From an uncultured Acidobacteriota bacterium (lineage in GTDB: Bacteria > Acidobacteriota > UBA6911 > RPQK01 > JAPXNP01): a stretch of DNA of 64,000 nucleotides. Below, piece by piece: positions 9,810-20,345 of the stretch. The position numbers were made by a program, and so were the translations under genes. The notes beneath the pieces were generated by a model. That model saw only the letters and a program-made list of their open reading frames with translations, did not search any database and was not told the origin of the DNA. The number at the start of each line of letters is the position of its first letter. Position 1 is the stretch's first letter. The stretch lies in contig CAVZRV010000027.1 in the NCBI GenBank assembly GCA_963777605.1, positions 512,001-576,000 of the forward strand. Reading direction: 5' to 3'.

Positions 9810-12800
9810 TCAGTTTCCTCCGACCCGCATGCGATCTTCCAGGTTTTCCTGGAACGCCAGCATGAGGACCTCTTCTTCACTTCGTCCTGCTTTTCGATTT
9901 CGCTCCTGCGCTTCGAGAACGCGTCCAAAGTCGTTCGGGAAGACTTTCACGAACTGCTTCACCGACTGCTTCCAGTCGGCAAGAACGCGGTGAGCGAGTT
10001 TACTGCCAGTGAAGTCCAGGTGTCGCTGGATCAGATCCTTCACGAAGCGGACCTCTCTGGCGCCCTCAAGACCGAAAAGCTTGACCAACTCCAGGTTGCA
10101 GAGCCCGGGGAATGCCTGTTCGGGATCGAACACATAGGCTATTCCTCCCGACATCCCCGCCGCGAAGTTCCGCCCAGTCGGGCCGAGAATGACGACCCGC
10201 CCCCCGGTCATGTACTCGCAGCCGTGGTCTCCGACGCCCTCGACAACCGAATTCACACCGCTGTTTCGGACGCAGAATCTTTCTCCGGCAACACCGGAGA
10301 TGAAGGCCTCTCCTCCGGTCGCTCCATAGAAAGCCACATTGCCGACAATGACGTTTTCTTCAGCGCTGTACTGGGCCTTCCGGGGAGGATAGACAATGAT
10401 ACGGCCTCCCGAGAGCCCTTTGGCAAGATAGTCGTTGGCATCACCCTCCAGGGTCATCGTAATCCCAGGAGGCAAGAAAGCGCCGAAGCTCTGTCCGGCC
10501 GAGCCCTTGAAGAGCAGGTTGATCGTTCCGTCGGCCAACCCGGAGGCGCCGTAGCGACGGGTCACCTCGCTTCCCAGGATCGTTCCCACGACCCGGTCAG
10601 TGTTGTGGATTGGCAGGCTGACCGAGACCGGAAACCGCCGTTCCAGGGCCGGCTTGCACAGCTTCAGCAGATGAGTGTTGTCCAACGCGTCCTCGAGCCC
10701 GTGATCCTGCTCGATCTTCTTACGCTGCCCCACATAGCGGGGGACCTTTGGCCGGAACAGGATCGATGACAGGTCGAGCTGATTTGCTTTCCAGTGAGCT
10801 GCAGACGGTTCAAACGTCAGACAGTCGCTGCGCCCCACCATCTCATCGAACGTCCGGAAACCGAGTTCGGCCATCAACTCGCGGACTTCCTGGGCGATGA
10901 AACGCATCAGGTTTACGACGTATTCGGGCCGCCCGGCGAACTTTTTGCGCAACTCCGGATTCTGGGTAGCCACCCCCACCGGACAAGTGTTGAGGTGACA
11001 AACGCGCATCATGACACAGCCCAGTGCAACCAGCGGAAGAGTCCCAAACCCGAACTCCTCGGCGCCAAGAAGCGCACCGATCACGACGTCACGCCCGGTC
11101 TTCAGCTGGCCATCGACCTCCAGCACGACCCGGCTTCGAAGGTCATTGAGCAACAGCGTCTGTTGGGTTTCGGACAAACCCAGCTCCCACGGGATTCCGG
11201 CGTGCTTGATGCTCGTCAGAGGGGAGGCTCCCGTTCCCCCGTCATACCCGCTGATCAGGATGACGTCGGCGTGGGCCTTGGCGACACCTGCCGCGATCGT
11301 GCCGACCCCAACCTCGGAAACCAGCTTGACGCTGACGCGGGCCTGGGTATTGGCATTCTTCAAGTCGTGAATGAGCTGGGCCAGGTCTTCAATCGAATAG
11401 ATGTCATGGTGGGGAGGGGGCGAGATCAGCCCCACTCCGGGCGTCGAATGGCGAACTTTGGCGATCTCCGGGTAGACCTTGTGCCCGGGCAACTGACCGC
11501 CCTCTCCCGGCTTGGCACCCTGGGCCATCTTGATCTGAATTTCCCGCGAGTTGACGAGATACTCACTGGTCACCCCGAACCGACCCGATGCCACCTGCTT
11601 GATGGCACTGCTGCGCGAGTCTCCGTTCTCGTCCGGGATGTAGCGGGCGGGGTCTTCTCCCCCCTCACCCGTGTTGCTCCGCCCTCCCAAGCGGTTCATT
11701 GCGATCGCCAGGGTTTCGTGAGCTTCACGACTGATCGACCCATACGACATTGCCCCACCCTTGAACCGGTGGACAATCGAATCGACCGACTCGACTTCTT
11801 CGAGAGGCACCGGCCCATCAACCGAACGCATTTTGAAAAGCGAGCGGAGCGTCGCCAAGTGGTCGTCCCGATCGTTGACCTCACGCGTGTAGCGGCGAAA
11901 CTGTTCGTAGTCTCCGATCCGACAGGCCGCTTGCAGCATGTGAATCGTTTTCGGGTTGAAAAGGTGAAACTCGCCGTCCTTGCGCCACTTATAGGAGCCA
12001 CCCGAATCGAGTTGGCGAATTCCAGCAGGACGTTCGGGAAAAGCCGCTGTGTGACGTCGCCGGGTCTCCTCCGCAATGGTGTCCAGGTCGATTCCGCCGA
12101 TCCGGGAGACTGTGCCGGTGAAGTATTGCGCCACAACGCTCGGATTGATCCCGATACATTCGAAGATCTGGGCGCCGTGGTAGCTCTGGACCGTCGAGAT
12201 GCCCATCTTGGACATGGCTTTGACCACTCCTTTGATCGCAGCCTTGATGTAGTTCTTGACGGCAGTCTTATGGTCAACTCCAGGAAGCAAGCCCTGTCCG
12301 ATCATGTCGTCCAGGCTTTCAAACGCCAGGTAGGGATTGATCGCACTGGCTCCGTAACCGATCAGAAGCGCGAAATGATGGACTTCCCTGGGTTCGCCGC
12401 TCTCAACCAGGAGGGCCACACGCGTGCGCGTCTGCTCCCGGATCAAGTGGTGGTGGACGGCGGAAAGTGCCAGGAGAGACGGGATGGGAGCCTGCTCACG
12501 ATCAATCCCTCGATCGGAAAGAATCAGAATCTCACAGCCGGCTTTAATCGCTTCACTGGCTTCAAGGCAAAGTCGATTCAGGGCGCTCGAAAGGCCGTCG
12601 CCGCCCTCGGAAACCGAAAAGAGCGTGGGGAGTGTTCGGCTCTTGAAGCCGTGTACCCCGCCGGGCCCATCGATATCACCATCCAGCTGGCGGAGCTTCT
12701 CCAGCGCTTCATTACTCAGAATCGGGGCACCCAGCAGGATCTGGCGAGCCGATTCAGGCTCAATCTCAAGGAGGTTTCGCTCTGGTCCGATCGTCACATC

Positions 12801-14438
12801 GTGGGAAACAATGATCTCCTCACGAATCGAGTCGATCGGAGGGTTGGTGACCTGGGCAAAGAGCTGCTTGAAGTAATTGAACAGCAATTGTGGCCGCTCC
12901 GACAAGACTGCCAGGGAGGCGTCATTGCCCATCGACCCAATCGGCTCCGTGCCGTTTTTCGCCATCGGCGTCAGCAGGAGCCCAAGCTCTTCGGATGTGT
13001 ATCCGAAAGCCTGCTGCCGGAGCCTCACGGTGTCGTGGTCGACCGAGTGAACAAAATCGGGATCGGGCAGTTCGTCCAGACTCAACTGATACTTCTGAAT
13101 CCACTCCCCGTAAGGATGTTCCGAAGCGATCTGTTCCTTGAGTTCCTCGTCGGAAATGATCCGCCCAGCCTCGGTGTCGACGAGCAGCATCCGTCCCGGC
13201 TGGAGCCGGCCCTTGAACTCGATCTGCTCGGGCGCGATGTCGAGCACGCCTACTTCGGACGCCATCACAACGAGGCCGTCGATCGTCACATAGTATCGAG
13301 ACGGACGAAGACCATTGCGGTCGAGCACGGCTCCGATCCGGGTACCATCAGTGAAGGTCACGGAAGCCGGTCCGTCCCAGGGCTCCATCAGGCAGGAATG
13401 AAAGCGGTAGAAGCTCCGCTTGCTCTCACTCATGGATTCATGATGCTCCCAGGGCTCGGGAATCATCATCATCATGGCGTGCGGCAACGACCGTCCAGAC
13501 AGGTGTAGCAACTCGAGAGCGTTGTCGAAGATCGCAGAGTCACTTCCGGTCTCATCCAGAACAGGGAGAATCTTCGCAACATCCTCTCCGAGCACGCTCG
13601 ATGAGAACATGCTCTGACGGGCCCGCATCCAGTTGACGTTGCCACGCAGGGTGTTGATTTCGCCGTTATGGCTCAGGTAGCGGTACGGATGAGCCCTTGC
13701 CCAGGTCGGAAATGTGTTGGTGCTGAACCGCGAATGGACCATGGCCAGGGCGGTGTCCAGGGCCGGGTTCTGAAGATCGGGATAGAAGGGAAGGAGCTGG
13801 TCCGACTTGAGCATTCCCTTGTACACGATGGTCCGATGGGAGAGCGAGCAAACGTAGAAACCGCTGCACTCAGGAATCCCCAACTCGTGCACCTCGTTCT
13901 CGATCCGCCGCCGGATCACGTAGAGCTTCCGCTCAAAGCTCATGGCATCAGGCAACTGCTCGCTCCGTCCGATGAAGACCTGGCGGATCACCGGCTCGCT
14001 CGCCTTTGCACTCAACCCCAGCATGGTGCTGACGGTGGGCACCGTGCGCCAGCCCAATACGGTCTGGCCTTCCTGTTCGATGACCTGTTCGAACATCCAC
14101 TCAAACTGGTAACGGGCTTCCGGATCGGTCGGCAAAAATACCAGCCCGGCTCCGTACCAACCCGGTCTGGGAAGTCGAAACGAAAGATTCGTCCGGAAAT
14201 CCTGGAAGAACCGGTGGGGCATCTGAATCAGGATTCCGGCGCCATCACCGGTGTCGGCTTCACACCCGCAGGCGCCGCGGTGGTGCAGTTTGTTCAGCAC
14301 CTCGATCGCCTGCTTCAGGATGGCGTGGGATCGGCGTCCTTTCATGTCGGCCACGAACCCGACACCACAGGCGTCATGTTCAAACTTCGGGTTGTAGAGC
14401 CCCTGCTCAGGAGGCATTCCTGTCATCGCCATATTCAT
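9810..14438 (-). CDS. gltB: Glutamate synthase large subunit
   Basis: HDACGVGF (Ntn Cys), [44 protein letters not shown] (3Fe-4S) and GXGXG domain. Start at about 14438 (ORF extends to 14474). Confidence 0.98.
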   Translation of the reverse strand: MNMAMTGMPPEQGLYNPKFEHDACGVGFVADMKGRRSHAILKQAIEVLNKLHHRGACGCEADTGDGAGILIQMPHRFFQDFRTNLSFRLPRPGWYGAGLVFLPTDPEARYQFEWMFEQVIEQEGQTVLGWRTVPTVSTMLGLSAKASEPVIRQVFIGRSEQLPDAMSFERKLYVIRRRIENEVHELGIPECSGFYVCSLSHRTIVYKGMLKSDQLLPFYPDLQNPALDTALAMVHSRFSTNTFPTWARAHPYRYLSHNGEINTLRGNVNWMRARQSMFSSSVLGEDVAKILPVLDETGSDSAIFDNALELLHLSGRSLPHAMMMMIPEPWEHHESMSESKRSFYRFHSCLMEPWDGPASVTFTDGTRIGAVLDRNGLRPSRYYVTIDGLVVMASEVGVLDIAPEQIEFKGRLQPGRMLLVDTEAGRIISDEELKEQIASEHPYGEWIQKYQLSLDELPDPDFVHSVDHDTVRLRQQAFGYTSEELGLLLTPMAKNGTEPIGSMGNDASLAVLSERPQLLFNYFKQLFAQVTNPPIDSIREEIIVSHDVTIGPERNLLEIEPESARQILLGAPILSNEALEKLRQLDGDIDGPGGVHGFKSRTLPTLFSVSEGGDGLSSALNRLCLEASEAIKAGCEILILSDRGIDREQAPIPSLLALSAVHHHLIREQTRTRVALLVESGEPREVHHFALLIGYGASAINPYLAFESLDDMIGQGLLPGVDHKTAVKNYIKAAIKGVVKAMSKMGISTVQSYHGAQIFECIGINPSVVAQYFTGTVSRIGGIDLDTIAEETRRRHTAAFPERPAGIRQLDSGGSYKWRKDGEFHLFNPKTIHMLQAACRIGDYEQFRRYTREVNDRDDHLATLRSLFKMRSVDGPVPLEEVESVDSIVHRFKGGAMSYGSISREAHETLAIAMNRLGGRSNTGEGGEDPARYIPDENGDSRSSAIKQVASGRFGVTSEYLVNSREIQIKMAQGAKPGEGGQLPGHKVYPEIAKVRHSTPGVGLISPPPHHDIYSIEDLAQLIHDLKNANTQARVSVKLVSEVGVGTIAAGVAKAHADVILISGYDGGTGASPLTSIKHAGIPWELGLSETQQTLLLNDLRSRVVLEVDGQLKTGRDVVIGALLGAEEFGFGTLPLVALGCVMMRVCHLNTCPVGVATQNPELRKKFAGRPEYVVNLMRFIAQEVRELMAELGFRTFDEMVGRSDCLTFEPSAAHWKANQLDLSSILFRPKVPRYVGQRKKIEQDHGLEDALDNTHLLKLCKPALERRFPVSVSLPIHNTDRVVGTILGSEVTRRYGASGLADGTINLLFKGSAGQSFGAFLPPGITMTLEGDANDYLAKGLSGGRIIVYPPRKAQYSAEENVIVGNVAFYGATGGEAFISGVAGERFCVRNSGVNSVVEGVGDHGCEYMTGGRVVILGPTGRNFAAGMSGGIAYVFDPEQAFPGLCNLELVKLFGLEGAREVRFVKDLIQRHLDFTGSKLAHRVLADWKQSVKQFVKVFPNDFGRVLEAQERNRKAGRSEEEVLMLAFQENLEDRMRVGGN

Positions 14439-14481
14439 ACCTTCCGGGTTCATCTTCGCCCAGCGAGCGACCAAGATATCA

Positions 14482-14504
14482 TGAGCTTTGCAAATAACAG
14501 CTCA
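14482..14504. promoter_or_regulatory. Inverted repeat upstream of gltB (possible regulator site)
   Basis: TGAGCT-N11-AGCTCA about 45-65 bp upstream of the gltB start. Confidence 0.3.
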
Positions 14505-14650
14505 AAGCGTCATAGAAAAAACTCATGGGGCGCCGAACAAATTTCGATTTCAGAGTCACCGGCCGTCTCGGGGGTGGGGCTGAATCCTCATAATTATACA
14601 ACGTCAGCCCATCGTTTCCCGTCGCCGGGCCGACGACAATGCGAAAATGC

Positions 14651-14666
14651 CGGCCGGAATCTTGCA
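14651..14666 (+). promoter_or_regulatory. Possible sigma54 -24/-12 promoter
   Basis: CGGCCGGAATCTTGCA has the GG-N10-GC spacing and TTGCA, upstream of the CDS at 14862; imperfect at -24. Confidence 0.25.
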
Positions 14667-14861
14667 TCCGGGAGCGATAGAACCGAAACTGGAGAGCGTA
14701 CTGCCGCGCCCGGGCCATTCAAGGTCCGTCGCTCAAGACTTCATTTAGATGAATTGGACTGACTGGATGACTTGGATAGCCGGAGATACCGTTTCTGCCC
14801 CTGAACAAACTTCAAATCATCCACACCCGGCGTGCGGCAACGCTAACCATGGAAACAGAGG

Positions 14862-16355
14862 ATGCTCATGAGAATTCTAGCTGGATTCGTGACCGTCTGG
14901 ACCCTGATTACATTCAGCGGTGTCCTGGCGGCTGCGGATGACTCCAAGCCATCAGTTGACATTTTCCTTTGGTTTGACACTGAAGACTACATCCTTCCCG
15001 AGGCCGACGACGCTCTTCTTCGAATTGCCACGTTCCTCGAGTCCGAGGGAGTGTCGGCGACGTTCAAGCTGGTCGGCGAAAAGGCGCGCGTTCTCGAGAA
15101 GCGGGGACGCACCGACATCTTGCGGGTCCTGGCTTCGCATGACGTGGGCTACCACACCAACTTCCACAGCGTTCATCCCACCCCAGCAGAGTTTCTTTCC
15201 AACCTGGGCTGGTTCGAAGGAGTCCGCGAGTTCGAGCGGAGAGAGGAAGCAGGCGTTCGCGACGTCCGGAGAATCACCGGGCGGATGCCTTCCTGTTACG
15301 GGCAGCCTGGCACGTCCTGGGCACCGCAGGTGTACGGGGCCCTCCAGGACTGGGGCATTGGAGTGTACCTGGACGATACTCGACACATCGACGTTTCCGG
15401 CCGACCTTACTACTATGGCGGCGTCCTCAATCTCCTTTCACTGAAACATACTCTGCGTACCGAACTGGGCGGGAACGCGGACCTCGCCGCCGGTAAAAGA
15501 GCCTTTGAGGAGGCATACCGGGAAATTGAACAGGCCGGAGGGGGCGTTGTCAGTATCTACTACCATCCATGTGAATTCGTTCACGCCGAGTTCTGGGACG
15601 GGGTCAACTTCGCCCACGGGGCTAATCCCGGAAGGGACGAGTGGAAGCTCCCCCCGGTGAAGACGCCGGAGCAGATTGAAACCGGGTTTCGAACCTTCGA
15701 GGCCTTCATCCGTTACATCAAGGACTTCCCGGGCGTGCATTTCCGAACCTCGCGGGTTGCGGCCTCCCTTTACCCGGACGGAGCCTATGAGCGCACCTGG
15801 TCTCCAGAGGAGCTCCGACAGTTGGCCCAGCGGGTCAGCCAGAACGATGTCGACTTCTTCGAGGCCCCCAGCTATACGTTGTCCGCAGCCGAGATCTTCC
15901 GCCTTCTGGTCTCATTCGGAAATGACATGGCCCATGGACAGGTAGCCAACTCCTATAGGCTTGGCTCCCGAACAATCATGGGTCCGGTTCGACCGGCTGC
16001 CCAGCCCCGGGTGCAAACCACAGGCGATCAGTTTCTCCGGACGCTGGCTGACGTGGAGGCCTTCATGAAAGCCAATTCCAGGGTGCCCGATGATGTCTGG
16101 CTGGGAAGCGTCTCGGTCAGCCCGGAGAGCTTCCTGCGAACGCTTGCCAACAAAATCCCGTCTCTGGCCGGAATCGATGGGGAAACCGTTACATTTGAAA
16201 CGGCCCGCCTGGCAGCGGCCGACAACGTCCGGACCGATGAGTCGATTTGGGACTGGCCTATCTTCCCAACCGATTTCAAGGCACCGGAGATGATGGAGCT
16301 GGCGCAGCGTCAAGCCTGGACGCTGAAGCCGGCGCTCAGGCTGGGCTCGCGGTAG
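14862..16355 (+). CDS. Secreted polysaccharide-deacetylase-like (NodB-fold) protein
   Basis: Signal peptide; FLWFDTED motif, YHTNFHSVHP His pair and IYYHP. Confidence 0.65.
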   Translation: MLMRILAGFVTVWTLITFSGVLAAADDSKPSVDIFLWFDTEDYILPEADDALLRIATFLESEGVSATFKLVGEKARVLEKRGRTDILRVLASHDVGYHTNFHSVHPTPAEFLSNLGWFEGVREFERREEAGVRDVRRITGRMPSCYGQPGTSWAPQVYGALQDWGIGVYLDDTRHIDVSGRPYYYGGVLNLLSLKHTLRTELGGNADLAAGKRAFEEAYREIEQAGGGVVSIYYHPCEFVHAEFWDGVNFAHGANPGRDEWKLPPVKTPEQIETGFRTFEAFIRYIKDFPGVHFRTSRVAASLYPDGAYERTWSPEELRQLAQRVSQNDVDFFEAPSYTLSAAEIFRLLVSFGNDMAHGQVANSYRLGSRTIMGPVRPAAQPRVQTTGDQFLRTLADVEAFMKANSRVPDDVWLGSVSVSPESFLRTLANKIPSLAGIDGETVTFETARLAAADNVRTDESIWDWPIFPTDFKAPEMMELAQRQAWTLKPALRLGSR

Positions 16356-16578
16356 GCTCCCCTCAGGTGCAGAGCACCGGCATTTGTGATTGGGTGGGTC
16401 GCTTCGCACTTTTTCCCGCACGTTCGTTATTAGTAGATGGGGTTTGGGGTTTGGCCTCCGCCAGAAGCTTTGCCCGGGGGTTTCGTGCGCCCGCCGACGG
16501 ATTGCGTAAGGAGAGACGAGTCAGATTTGGCTCCGATGGCGATTTCGGCAACACAACTCAAACGTCGCGAATCGCAGA

Positions 16579-17220
16579 TCAATCAGACTTGACCCTGATG
16601 TTGCGGACCCTTGCCGTGGTCAACCAGGTTGCAACGCCGAACGGCCGCGAAAGGCGCACCTCGGAACGGACCGTGAACCGATGATCGTCCCGCTCGACAT
16701 CCACGATACGGCTCCCGTCCAGCCAGGCCCTGATCTCCCGATCGGTCACCTGGACCCTGACGGCGTACCACTGGCCACGCTTGAAACCCATGAAACGGGT
16801 CGTTTCGTTCTCTGAGGCGTCATGTCCGTCGATTGAACTCAGGCCGACCAACCCGCCTCCCCAACCACCAAGGATCAGGGAACAGAATTCGTCGCCCACC
16901 GGGAAAGTGAGCCCGCAGAAGAAATCGTTGCCGACTTCACGCATCGCCTCGAGGGTCACTTCGTAGGAATTCTTCGGAAATTCCCCGGTCCATGTGATCC
17001 CCGTCATCGGCTCACCCATCCCCAGAACAATGCTTCCCTGGTCCACGAAGACTTTCCCCTGTCCACCGAACTGGGTGATCGTCCACCGGTCCAGGCTTTT
17101 GCCGTCGAAAAGGTCTTTCCAACCCGCCTCACCGGGTCCAGCCAAAGCCGCACCCGGCGAAGCCTCGCGAGCGAACCCACAACCCAACAAAAGGACCAGA
17201 CTGAGCGCAATTCTGAACAT
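16579..17220 (-). CDS. DUF1080 (3-ketoglycoside lyase/hydrolase-like) protein
   Basis: Signal peptide; WKDLFDGKSLDRW, GNDFFCGLTFPV, LILGGWGG and ARVRNIRV. Confidence 0.85.
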   Translation of the reverse strand: MFRIALSLVLLLGCGFAREASPGAALAGPGEAGWKDLFDGKSLDRWTITQFGGQGKVFVDQGSIVLGMGEPMTGITWTGEFPKNSYEVTLEAMREVGNDFFCGLTFPVGDEFCSLILGGWGGGLVGLSSIDGHDASENETTRFMGFKRGQWYAVRVQVTDREIRAWLDGSRIVDVERDDHRFTVRSEVRLSRPFGVATWLTTARVRNIRVKSD

Positions 17221-17228
17221 CAAGCTCG

Positions 17229-18242
17229 TTACCCTCCCGAACCCGGGTCGCGTTCCCGGTAGTTCCACAGCAATTCAATGGTCACGCCCCCGATTGCATC
17301 GGTATCCACATAGGCGAATCGTCCCGATCCCGACTTGCCCGGACTGCCCCAACTACCCGATTGGGAAATCTCGTATCCAGCCTGGCGAAAGAAGGCGATG
17401 GCGTCGTCCATGTCATCGACGTTGAAGGCGAAATGATGGAATCCCTCGCCGTGGGCCTTCATGGCATCCTCGTAAACCGTCGGTCCCCGCAGCGGCTCGA
17501 TCCACTCGTAGGTAATATCCCCGTGCCGCTGCCAGCCCAAACGCTGATCAAACTGACCTGGCCGGCCACGATAGAGGAGATCGGACAATGGCCCGTGGGT
17601 AATCTCCATCGAGGGGAGTCCAAGGGAAGACCAATACCGCGAGGGCGACTCAAGATCACGAACAATGAAGGCGTACTGGGACGGAACAAGAGAGATGGGG
17701 GTTTTGGATGCCGGGAGAACCGGCCGGTTGGAGTGCCCCACCAGGGAAATCGCAATCCGTCCCTGAGACCGGGTGTTCAGGACTACTGAATGCCGTACGT
17801 AGCCCCCCACCGCAAGCATGATCTCATCCGACGGAACCGCCCCCTTCCCGCCAAGTCGGCCAAGTTCCCGGTGCAGTGTCTCCTGGTCGGGAACGGCATG
17901 ATTGAGACAGAAGACACCCTCGCCTCGTTCCTGCAAGAACGAACTGTAGGCAGTCTCCCCCGCAACCGGTTCAATCCAGACCACTCGAAAACCGGCCAGA
18001 TTGCCTTCTGCAATTCGGACACGGCCCTCCGATGTCCCGGACGGCTCACCGTCTTGAATCCGGGCCACCCCACGATCTACGACTCCGAATCCGAGCCTTT
18101 CCCAACTGGAAATCACCCGGTCGAGGTCCCTGACAACCCAATCCACGCTGTCAACGTGCCGGTAAAACTCGGCAGGATCGACAGCGGAAAGAACTGCCAT
18201 CAAAGAAAATACGGAAATCAGCAAGGCGAATGTCCGGCTCAT
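17229..18242 (-). CDS. Secreted tandem VOC/glyoxalase-family (methylmalonyl-CoA epimerase-like) protein
   Basis: Two repeats of (W/F)xVRDL..WIEP..Y..GEG(V/F); second repeat has GEGFHHFAF and FAYVDT...TIEL; N-terminal signal peptide. Confidence 0.75.
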   Translation of the reverse strand: MSRTFALLISVFSLMAVLSAVDPAEFYRHVDSVDWVVRDLDRVISSWERLGFGVVDRGVARIQDGEPSGTSEGRVRIAEGNLAGFRVVWIEPVAGETAYSSFLQERGEGVFCLNHAVPDQETLHRELGRLGGKGAVPSDEIMLAVGGYVRHSVVLNTRSQGRIAISLVGHSNRPVLPASKTPISLVPSQYAFIVRDLESPSRYWSSLGLPSMEITHGPLSDLLYRGRPGQFDQRLGWQRHGDITYEWIEPLRGPTVYEDAMKAHGEGFHHFAFNVDDMDDAIAFFRQAGYEISQSGSWGSPGKSGSGRFAYVDTDAIGGVTIELLWNYRERDPGSGG

Positions 18243-18312
18243 CACCATCCTCCACTGCATCGACAGCTTCCGGGAGTCTCCACCCTGGAGATCTCACCAA
18301 GCGTCTCCGCGA

Positions 18313-19323
18313 TTATGGTTCCAAAACGACCTTGAGTCCGTCCCGTCTCGAGGCCACCTCGAAGGCCTCATCAAATGAATCCAGGGGAAAACGATGAGTG
18401 ACAATCGAGGAGACGTCGATCGCCCCCTGTTCGACCAGACGAATCGCCCTCGGGTAGGTGTGTTTCATCCGGCGAACCAGCTTGATTGTCAAACCTTTAC
18501 GCCTGGAGACTGATGCCGAGAATTGGATCGCATCCCCCGAAGGGATCCCCGCCAGAATCACTTTTCCACCCGGCTTGACCAGGTCGAACGCTGCCCGGAT
18601 CGCCGCGTCGTCGCCGGCCGCCTCGAACACTACATCCAGCTCACGCCCTCCGGGCGAACGCTCAATTTCGGCCACTTCCCCACCCTGGCCGTCCGCAAGC
18701 CAGGCCCCGGTGGCCCCCATCTCCCGGGCGGCATCGACGCGATGTTTGAGACGATCCGTCGCTACCAGAACGCTCGCTCCCGCCAGCCGTGCCAGTTGCA
18801 GGATCAGTAACCCAATGGGACCGCTGCCGAGAACGCCGATTCTCATCCCCACCCTGAGATGGGCAAGGTCTACGGTATGGATGGCCACACCGAGAGGTTC
18901 GAGCATTGCCCCTGCTGCCGCGTCGAATCTTCCCGGCAGTGGGAACATCATTCGGGCCGGCCAGGAAAGGAGATCTCGAAAGGCACCATCGTCCTCTCCA
19001 TGCCCGGCGAATCGAAGGTCCCGACAAAAATTCGGGTTCCCTTCCTGGCAAAAATCACAAACCTGGCAGTTGATCGCAGGCTCAACTGCGACCAGCCGGC
19101 CCGACAACTCGCCTGTTGTCACGGTCCCGGCAAACTCGTGTCCCAGGACAAGGGGACGGGAGAGGGAAGCATCACCGATGGCACCATCTTCGACCCAGTG
19201 CAGATCGGAGCCGCAGATCCCCACTGCTTCCACTCGCATCGCCGACTCCCCCGCTACCGGAATCGGATCGGCTTCCTCGGAGAGTCTCAGGTCACCGGCA
19301 CCGTAAAGTCTCAAAGCGCGCAT
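18313..19323 (-). CDS. Zn-dependent polyol (sorbitol/iditol-type) dehydrogenase
   Basis: GICGSDLH, GHEFAG, CxxCxxC-x7-C, EPLGVA and GSGPIG. Confidence 0.9.
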   Translation of the reverse strand: MRALRLYGAGDLRLSEEADPIPVAGESAMRVEAVGICGSDLHWVEDGAIGDASLSRPLVLGHEFAGTVTTGELSGRLVAVEPAINCQVCDFCQEGNPNFCRDLRFAGHGEDDGAFRDLLSWPARMMFPLPGRFDAAAGAMLEPLGVAIHTVDLAHLRVGMRIGVLGSGPIGLLILQLARLAGASVLVATDRLKHRVDAAREMGATGAWLADGQGGEVAEIERSPGGRELDVVFEAAGDDAAIRAAFDLVKPGGKVILAGIPSGDAIQFSASVSRRKGLTIKLVRRMKHTYPRAIRLVEQGAIDVSSIVTHRFPLDSFDEAFEVASRRDGLKVVLEP

Positions 19324-19470
19324 CCATCACTCCACTTCCCGGCAACAGCCGTCGTCACCTTGATTCTAGCGACAAAGCACGGGAAGTGACACAGGTGGGT
19401 TGAAGTCTGCACCGAATTGGCCGAGGATGAGAGCGCGTCCAGAACCGGGGTTCCCAGGGGAGATTCGAAG

Positions 19471-20169
19471 ATGTCAACGCGTCTGAAAGATTTGAAGGAG
19501 CAGGTCCTGGAAGCGAATCTCGAACTCGTTCGAGAGGGTCTTGTGATCTCCACTTTTGGAAACGCGAGCGGGATTCTGCGGGGCGAGGACCTCGTCGCAA
19601 TCAAACCGAGCGGCGTCAACTACCATCAGCTTCGCTCGCAGGACCTGATTGTGACGAACCTGAAGGGGGACATTATTGAAGGGACATTGCGACCGTCATC
19701 GGATCTTCCGACTCACCTCGAACTCTACCGTTCCTTCCCCGTGATCGGCGGCGTCACGCACACCCATTCCCGATTCGCCACCGCCTGGGCGCAGGCACGC
19801 CGGGAGATCCCCTGCCTGGGGACAACCCACGCCGACTACTTTTTCGGCCCGGTCCCGATTACTCCTTCGATAACATCCGAGGAGATTGAATCAGACTACG
19901 AGGCCAATACCGGGAAGGTCATCGCGCGGCGATTTGAAGGACTTGACCCGGCTCACTTTCCGGGCGTGCTGGTCGCATCCCACGGACCTTTTTCCTGGGG
20001 ATCCGACTCCCTCGGAGCATCCCACAACGCTGTTCTGCTGGAAGAAATCGCACGCATCGCCTGGTACACCCTGACTCTGAATCCCGGGACCGAGCCAGTC
20101 AGCCGGAGCCTGCTCGAAAAGCACTTCCAGCGCAAGCATGGTCCGGAAGCCTACTACGGGCAAAAGTGA
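19471..20169 (+). CDS. araD: L-ribulose-5-phosphate 4-epimerase
   Basis: TFGNAS, IKPSGV, PSSDLPTH, HTHS, GTTHADYFFG, SHGPFSWG and KHGPEAYYGQ. Confidence 0.93.
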   Translation: MSTRLKDLKEQVLEANLELVREGLVISTFGNASGILRGEDLVAIKPSGVNYHQLRSQDLIVTNLKGDIIEGTLRPSSDLPTHLELYRSFPVIGGVTHTHSRFATAWAQARREIPCLGTTHADYFFGPVPITPSITSEEIESDYEANTGKVIARRFEGLDPAHFPGVLVASHGPFSWGSDSLGASHNAVLLEEIARIAWYTLTLNPGTEPVSRSLLEKHFQRKHGPEAYYGQK

Positions 20170-20345
20170 TCGAGGGCGGCCGTGTGCGGTCGGTCCCTCG
20201 ACTCGTCCAACAGTAGCTGAGAGACGGCGGTTGACTTTTCAGCTTGCCCGCTGATCCGGGATCGTCAATAATCCGCCTGAGCTGAGCTGTCAGGGCGTCG
20301 ATCCAGCGTTACGACCCCTTGCCGGCAATGTGAAAGGGGGCAGTC

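Noticed and set aside
10794-13508. 904-aa plus-strand ORF, and similar long antisense ORFs (175..1608, 7275..8738, 38495..40390, 49052..50470, 52825..53901)
   Set aside because: These are antisense shadows of well-supported genes in GC-rich DNA, with no recognisable motifs.
16356-16578. Possible ncRNA or tRNA in the convergent intergenic gap (also 20170-20345 and 40865-41184)
   Set aside because: Only short hairpins are present, with no cloverleaf or recognisable RNA family motif by eye; an Rfam scan would be needed.
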